Shown here one piece after another: positions 59,828-64,000 of a stretch of DNA of 64,000 nucleotides. Source of the stretch: a virus (Duplodnaviria > Caudoviricetes); the IMG/VR virus record IMGVR_UViG_3300044854_000085, positions 1 through 64,000 of that record, one strand, 5' to 3'. Positions within the stretch are counted from its first letter, which is position 1. The number at the start of each line of letters is the position of its first letter. The notes beneath the pieces were generated by a model, which was not told where the DNA came from, made no database searches, and saw only the letters and a program-made list of their open reading frames with translations. Position numbers and translations under genes: made by a program.

Positions 59828-60470
59828 CTACAGCAATCCTTCCAGTAATGCCTTCGCTCGATCGATCCGCGGTTCATTGAGCATCCGGATCGCTTTAAGC
59901 ACCGTTCGTTTGTGTCGTTCTTGTTCAACGATGTCAGGGGCCGCGTCTGCGGCTTCACGCACGAGTTTGATGATCCTAGCGTGCTGTGCTTGCGACCACG
60001 GATCGGTGTCGGGCAAATCGCTCGTCGGCATGATCTCTCCTCGGTCGGTGATGATCGGATGCCGGCTTGGCCGTCTCAACTTTTCCGTTATGATGTGATC
60101 CAGCCGGATTGTTCACGATCATTCCGTGAATGTGTCGGTCAGGCCCGATGGAAAGAACGCCTCTTTCCATCGGGCTGCGCGTCATTCTACAACAGCGCGT
60201 TGGACAGATTCGGGGCGCCTTCAGAGAGTCTGTCTTGTTTGGGATTCAGATCGCCTCGCCTAACTCGTTGACGCTCGGCGAAGCTATTCTTCAAGAGCGT
60301 GGGGCTTTGCGCGGCAAAGACAATCCTCGTCCGTCTCGATGTCTAACAGGCCGGTTCCTAACGAAGACTTCTTAGTCGAAATTGCAACCGCGACACAGCA
60401 GCCCTCGAATCCGCCAGGGGAGGACCCATGTTCGTGGTCTATATGGAACATCCGGTCGGAATCCCAATGT

Positions 60471-60719
60471 TCATATCCGATCCACGTGCATATAGGGCCG
60501 CCAGCCATCCATGTCGTCGCATGTATCTGCGTCTTCTATTGGTGGTTTACCGGCCAACTGTCGCGCACGACGGCACGTTTCAATGAGGGCGGTATCCAAG
60601 TCCGGAATCGTGTCTCGAAATATTTGGCCGGGTAAAATCACTTCGCATTCCCACGCGTTTTCCACTCGATGCACGCGCAATTCAAAACCGAAAGATTGCC
60701 GCATCCATCCTTGAGCCAT
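60471..60719 (-). CDS. Small hypothetical protein
   Basis: GGAG RBS upstream; 82 aa. Confidence 0.5.
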   Translation of the reverse strand: MAQGWMRQSFGFELRVHRVENAWECEVILPGQIFRDTIPDLDTALIETCRRARQLAGKPPIEDADTCDDMDGWRPYMHVDRI

Positions 60720-60808
60720 AATCACTGCTCCATTTTTGATCCAAATTTTCGTTCGAATCGGATTTCATCACATCAACTGATTTTGCGCAGCGCGGCGTCG
60801 AAACGGGT

Positions 60809-61543
60809 TCAAGGTTTCGGCCCTACTTCAATTTGAACCATGCCTTCCGCAATTCGTGGATCTTCAAATAGGTCCATAGAAAAACCTTCTGATTCAAACG
60901 CTCGTTGCAATATGGAGGCATGTACTGGTGGATTTAACCCGCTACGAATGATGATGCGGACGCCACGATGCGTGCTGCCAGATGCCTGGGCAAAAGAGTT
61001 CCGCCAACCCGCAGCGGTCAAAACATTGCGTATATCCGACGCAAATGCGCCCACCTCGGAATCTCCCTGTCCGTGCGTCAAGACCGCTACAGGCCCTTTT
61101 GCTGATCGGCTCAATACTCCGATTAAGCGCACGGTTTGCTCAGAGGTAATGATTCGAGGCGTGAGTTGCCGTCTGAGTTCTAGCGAGTCCTTCTCGAATA
61201 TGGCGGCCCGCTGACGCAGTGCGGCCGCAGTCACCTCCAGGTTGCCAGCCCGTTCGTTAGCAGCACCAGCTTCCTTGCGTGCTGTCCCGGCTTCCTTGTT
61301 GGCTTCGCCCGCGAGATTATTCAACTTTGCTATCTCAGCCTTGCTCAAGTCTTCTATCGCTTGCTGCACGGCGTGCAATTTGCGATTGTTCCACCATGCA
61401 CGAACGCCAAATACCGTTTCACCGCCGACGCCGATAACTACGAGTACCCCAAACAGAATTACCCACTTTTCGATGCCGTCCAGGGCTGTTTCAAGCGCTT
61501 CCCTTTTGGCGAGCAGTGTTTCTACTGTCTCCGGCGGGACCAT
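60809..61543 (-). CDS. Single-pass membrane protein with coiled coil and C-terminal alpha/beta domain
   Basis: AGGAGA RBS, TM WVILFGVLVVIGVGGETVFGV, Ala/Glu/Lys heptads; overlaps the nuclease gene by 22 nt. Confidence 0.7.
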   Translation of the reverse strand: MVPPETVETLLAKREALETALDGIEKWVILFGVLVVIGVGGETVFGVRAWWNNRKLHAVQQAIEDLSKAEIAKLNNLAGEANKEAGTARKEAGAANERAGNLEVTAAALRQRAAIFEKDSLELRRQLTPRIITSEQTVRLIGVLSRSAKGPVAVLTHGQGDSEVGAFASDIRNVLTAAGWRNSFAQASGSTHRGVRIIIRSGLNPPVHASILQRAFESEGFSMDLFEDPRIAEGMVQIEVGPKP

Positions 61544-62205
61544 TGACTCATTTCTCCTGGCCCGATCTGTGAGCGGACCCATTGGGTCACATGATCGGGC
61601 TGAGTCTGTGGGGTTGGTTCTCGGACAACCTTGATGACCATGCTCCCCGCATCCTCGATCGGATCGTCGACCGGCTGGCAAATCTCAACAACGACTACAC
61701 CGACCCCCGGCCGAAGCACCAGGTTGTTTACATAGTCATAGATGGTCTTGACCAGAGGACCGGAGAGCCCACGGCTGAAAAACTTACCGTGCCTTTCGCG
61801 ACCATCGATGGCGACGCAGACTAGAAGCCAGTTGCGATGAAATTGTTTCTCGTGCAGGCCCGTCGCTTGCCGTGTTCCCTTCTTTTCCAGTTCGCGCAGC
61901 TTCCCGGGAAGAAGCGTTTCAAATGTTTGTGGTTTGACCTTCACCCTCTTTGACTCGAACACGACAGCACGATCCGGTTTCGCTGGGTGACACACGAGAA
62001 CGTCGATGTTCCCAGGCACCGTTGATTTACCGTGGATCTCCGGTGGTTTTAACTCAAACGCAATGCGAGCTGGGATGGGAAGATCTAACTCCCTCCAAAG
62101 CGTATGCCGGGCAGAAGATTGGCTAAATAGCCACCGTGTCAGCGGACCTTCGACAATGTCCGTGACCGTCGACGACCTCCGCTGATTCAATCGCAATTCA
62201 GACAT
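61522..62205 (-). CDS. PD-(D/E)xK restriction-endonuclease-like protein
   Basis: GNIDVLV...VVFESKRVK...RQA active-site spacing. Confidence 0.65.
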   Translation of the reverse strand: MSELRLNQRRSSTVTDIVEGPLTRWLFSQSSARHTLWRELDLPIPARIAFELKPPEIHGKSTVPGNIDVLVCHPAKPDRAVVFESKRVKVKPQTFETLLPGKLRELEKKGTRQATGLHEKQFHRNWLLVCVAIDGRERHGKFFSRGLSGPLVKTIYDYVNNLVLRPGVGVVVVEICQPVDDPIEDAGSMVIKVVREPTPQTQPDHVTQWVRSQIGPGEMSQWSRRRQ

Positions 62206-62282
62206 CGTTTGTATCTTCAATCGAATTATGGTGACGGCGGTCATCACGCGATGCAGTGGATCGGGGCCAGATCAGTGTTGCG

Positions 62283-63263
62283 CTACGCCGTGGCTTTTTG
62301 AGCGTTGGAGTCCGAAGACGTCTGCGTGGAACCGTCGGCGCTATTCAAAGACCTGCGCCGTCGTATGTACGCAATGGCCTCAAGCACTTTGAAAAACGCA
62401 TCCCCAATGTGATCCGGTGTGAAGCGAATGAATTCGTGATCTGAATAGATGCCCTTCTCGAAAACAGCCCCCTCTTCGACAAGAGGTACAAGAAAAGCCC
62501 CCTGTTGAGCTCTCGCCATCTCGTCTCGCATCCATGAAGACGCTCCATCGACCGTTTGGATCACGACTACCAAATCGATGTCGCCCGACAACCTCTCCTG
62601 CACCTTCTCGCTGACACGACGCGGCTCATATGCTTCGCCGGTTATGACACGCACATCGAGCAGTTCCAGAAATCTTCGAAGCTGCTGCGCATAATCGACC
62701 GCCTTTCCATCAAACCGAAAGCTGAGAAACGCCACAATCTGCTTGGCATGTGCGGCCGCCATCTCTTCCAGCTTTTCAATACGTTCGGTAATTTCCTTGA
62801 ACCGCTGATTCATCCCACCAGGAGGAAGTTCGAGCTCTAGCTGTTTGCTCTTTCGCTCCACACGCGAAGGCCCCGCTGTCAGCGAAATATGTTTCCCTAT
62901 TAACGCGATAAGCTGAGATAGATCATCGGGACCTTCCGCTTCAACGTAGATCGACAAAAACGCTTCATCATCAGAGAAAAAAGACAAACTTTCCCTTCTG
63001 TTGTTATAAGAAATGGCGCCTGAAATCAGCTCTTGAAAATCGACGGATAAACTACAGACGTCACATTTCAACTCGCATATCGAGACCAAGTCTTCTGGAG
63101 TAAGGTTGCGCCGATGTTCAGTTCCATCGGGAAAGGTCTCATGTAGCGTGATATCCATTGACGTCCGGCCGAGATCATTCAAAATCGCCGTCAAACCGCG
63201 TCTGAGCTCACCGGGAGCAAAAACCTTCGGCTGAAACCACAAGTGCTTTGTCGTCTTTCCCAT
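62283..63263 (-). CDS. C-terminal TIR-like domain protein with unknown N-terminal domain
   Basis: AFLSFRF...RRFLELLDVRVITGE...DLVVVIQT....SSWMRDEMARA...LVPLVE is the TIR beta-alpha pattern with the catalytic-position Glu. Confidence 0.72.
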   Translation of the reverse strand: MGKTTKHLWFQPKVFAPGELRRGLTAILNDLGRTSMDITLHETFPDGTEHRRNLTPEDLVSICELKCDVCSLSVDFQELISGAISYNNRRESLSFFSDDEAFLSIYVEAEGPDDLSQLIALIGKHISLTAGPSRVERKSKQLELELPPGGMNQRFKEITERIEKLEEMAAAHAKQIVAFLSFRFDGKAVDYAQQLRRFLELLDVRVITGEAYEPRRVSEKVQERLSGDIDLVVVIQTVDGASSWMRDEMARAQQGAFLVPLVEEGAVFEKGIYSDHEFIRFTPDHIGDAFFKVLEAIAYIRRRRSLNSADGSTQTSSDSNAQKATA

Positions 63264-63268
63264 TTGTC

Positions 63269-63679
63269 CTACGAGTAAACCGAAGTGTCCTGCGCGGGCA
63301 CTGCATGCTTGGCAACCCACTCGAAGAAGCCTTCCTGATCCATCGCGTCCGCGCCTAAAGCCTCGAACGCTGCGGCGATTTCGTCATCGTCCTGACTCAA
63401 TTCCCAACCGTTGACTTCCAGAAACACGAGCATCGCGCCTGCACCCGTCCTCTTGTTGCCGTCGATGAACGGTTGACCTTCCGCGAGAAAAAAACCATAC
63501 GCTGCGGCCTTCTCTGGGATCGTCGAATATGCATCCTCACCGAATGCACTTTGTTGTGGCTGGAACACCGCCGACAGCAATTGATGTTCAGAACGAATGC
63601 CGTCGAGGCCACCGTATAGTGCGATGGCCCGACGGTGAATTTCTACAATTTGATCGGCGTTGAGATAAAGAACATCCAT
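63269..63679 (-). CDS. doc: Doc/Fic family toxin (death-on-curing type)
   Basis: IVEIHRRAI...GGLDGIRSEHQLLSAVFQP...EKAAAY...QPFIDGNKRTG...FLEVNG. Confidence 0.88.
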   Translation of the reverse strand: MDVLYLNADQIVEIHRRAIALYGGLDGIRSEHQLLSAVFQPQQSAFGEDAYSTIPEKAAAYGFFLAEGQPFIDGNKRTGAGAMLVFLEVNGWELSQDDDEIAAAFEALGADAMDQEGFFEWVAKHAVPAQDTSVYS

Positions 63680-63692
63680 CCGCGTCTTCCTT

Positions 63693-63920
63693 TTACTTTG
63701 CTAGTCTCCGCATCAGCTTCTCTCGCTTGCCGAAAACCTTGCTGGTTGCCCGCTCGAATTCTTCGGAGCTCGCATATCGGTGCGGAGCGATGATAAGTTC
63801 ACTACCTCGGGTGCGGATTTCTACTTCGGTTTCGTCTTCCCAGTTGAGCTGCCGAATGACAGCCGCCGGGACGATGATCCCCTGAGAATTGCCCACCTTC
63901 CGCAGTTTGCTCGTCAGCAT
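63693..63920 (-). CDS. AbrB/MazE (SpoVT) family antitoxin
   Basis: KLRKVGNSQGIIVPAAVIRQL..EVEI...LIIAP; directly upstream of doc. Confidence 0.88.
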   Translation of the reverse strand: MLTSKLRKVGNSQGIIVPAAVIRQLNWEDETEVEIRTRGSELIIAPHRYASSEEFERATSKVFGKREKLMRRLAK

Positions 63921-64000
63921 GTTGAGTCCCTCCAGACTATTCCCGTCCCTCAAGATGAGACGTACGTTATAACAACGTTATAACATTGTTTAAGGGTGCA

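Noticed and set aside
59828-60079. 83-aa ORF abutting the R-M gene
   Set aside because: No clear RBS or motif, and competing frames exist; may be real but is not supportable.
63960-63990. GTTATAAC repeats at the window end
   Set aside because: Probably the AbrB-Doc operator or promoter, but truncated by the window edge and ordinary for TA loci.
1-64000. CRISPR array, diversity-generating retroelement, retron or group II intron
   Set aside because: No regularly spaced repeat-spacer array, no reverse transcriptase (YxDD) ORF and no TR/VR pair differing at adenines were seen by eye.
56567-64000. Second att copy (tRNA-Arg 5' fragment) closing the prophage
   Set aside because: Looked for CTGAGCTACGGGGCC and TTAGGAAACC and did not find them, so the right boundary is unresolved.

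Overview
Almost the whole window is one GC-rich temperate siphovirus-type prophage (about 1-56.8 kb), followed by an accessory defence/TA island (about 56.8-64 kb). Left end: the 5' half of a tRNA-Arg(CCT) sits directly against a tyrosine integrase. Early region (1.5-21 kb): an HTH/DnaA_N-like replication initiator with internal iterons, dozens of small ORFs, RHH/XRE/LuxR regulators, a DUF932 protein, a stand-alone ATP-dependent ligase domain, a truncated DnaC, a PIN-toxin module, a CsrA homologue and a Tad1-like anti-Thoeris/CBASS sponge. A second tyrosine integrase precedes two different small terminases. Late region: PBSX-type TerL, portal-MuF fusion, HK97 protease and capsid, neck and tail genes, a -1 frameshifted tail chaperone, an 1807-aa tape measure protein, tail-tip proteins, an SLT endolysin and holin/spanin-like genes. 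The most striking feature is a glycan-building cluster interleaved with the head-tail connector genes: KdsA, a CBS-less KdsD, two Maf/GT42-like ulosonate-transferase candidates, a SAM methyltransferase, a GT8-like and a GT-A glycosyltransferase, plus a tRNA-Glu. This suggests decoration of the virion (or host surface) with a methylated KDO-containing glycan. A recurring 21-bp palindrome (GTAGGAGAA-N3-TTCTCCTAC) punctuates the late operon. The right end carries a type IIG R-M enzyme, a membrane protein/PD-(D/E)xK nuclease/TIR trio and an AbrB-Doc pair. All family assignments are from motif recognition by eye; no searches were run.
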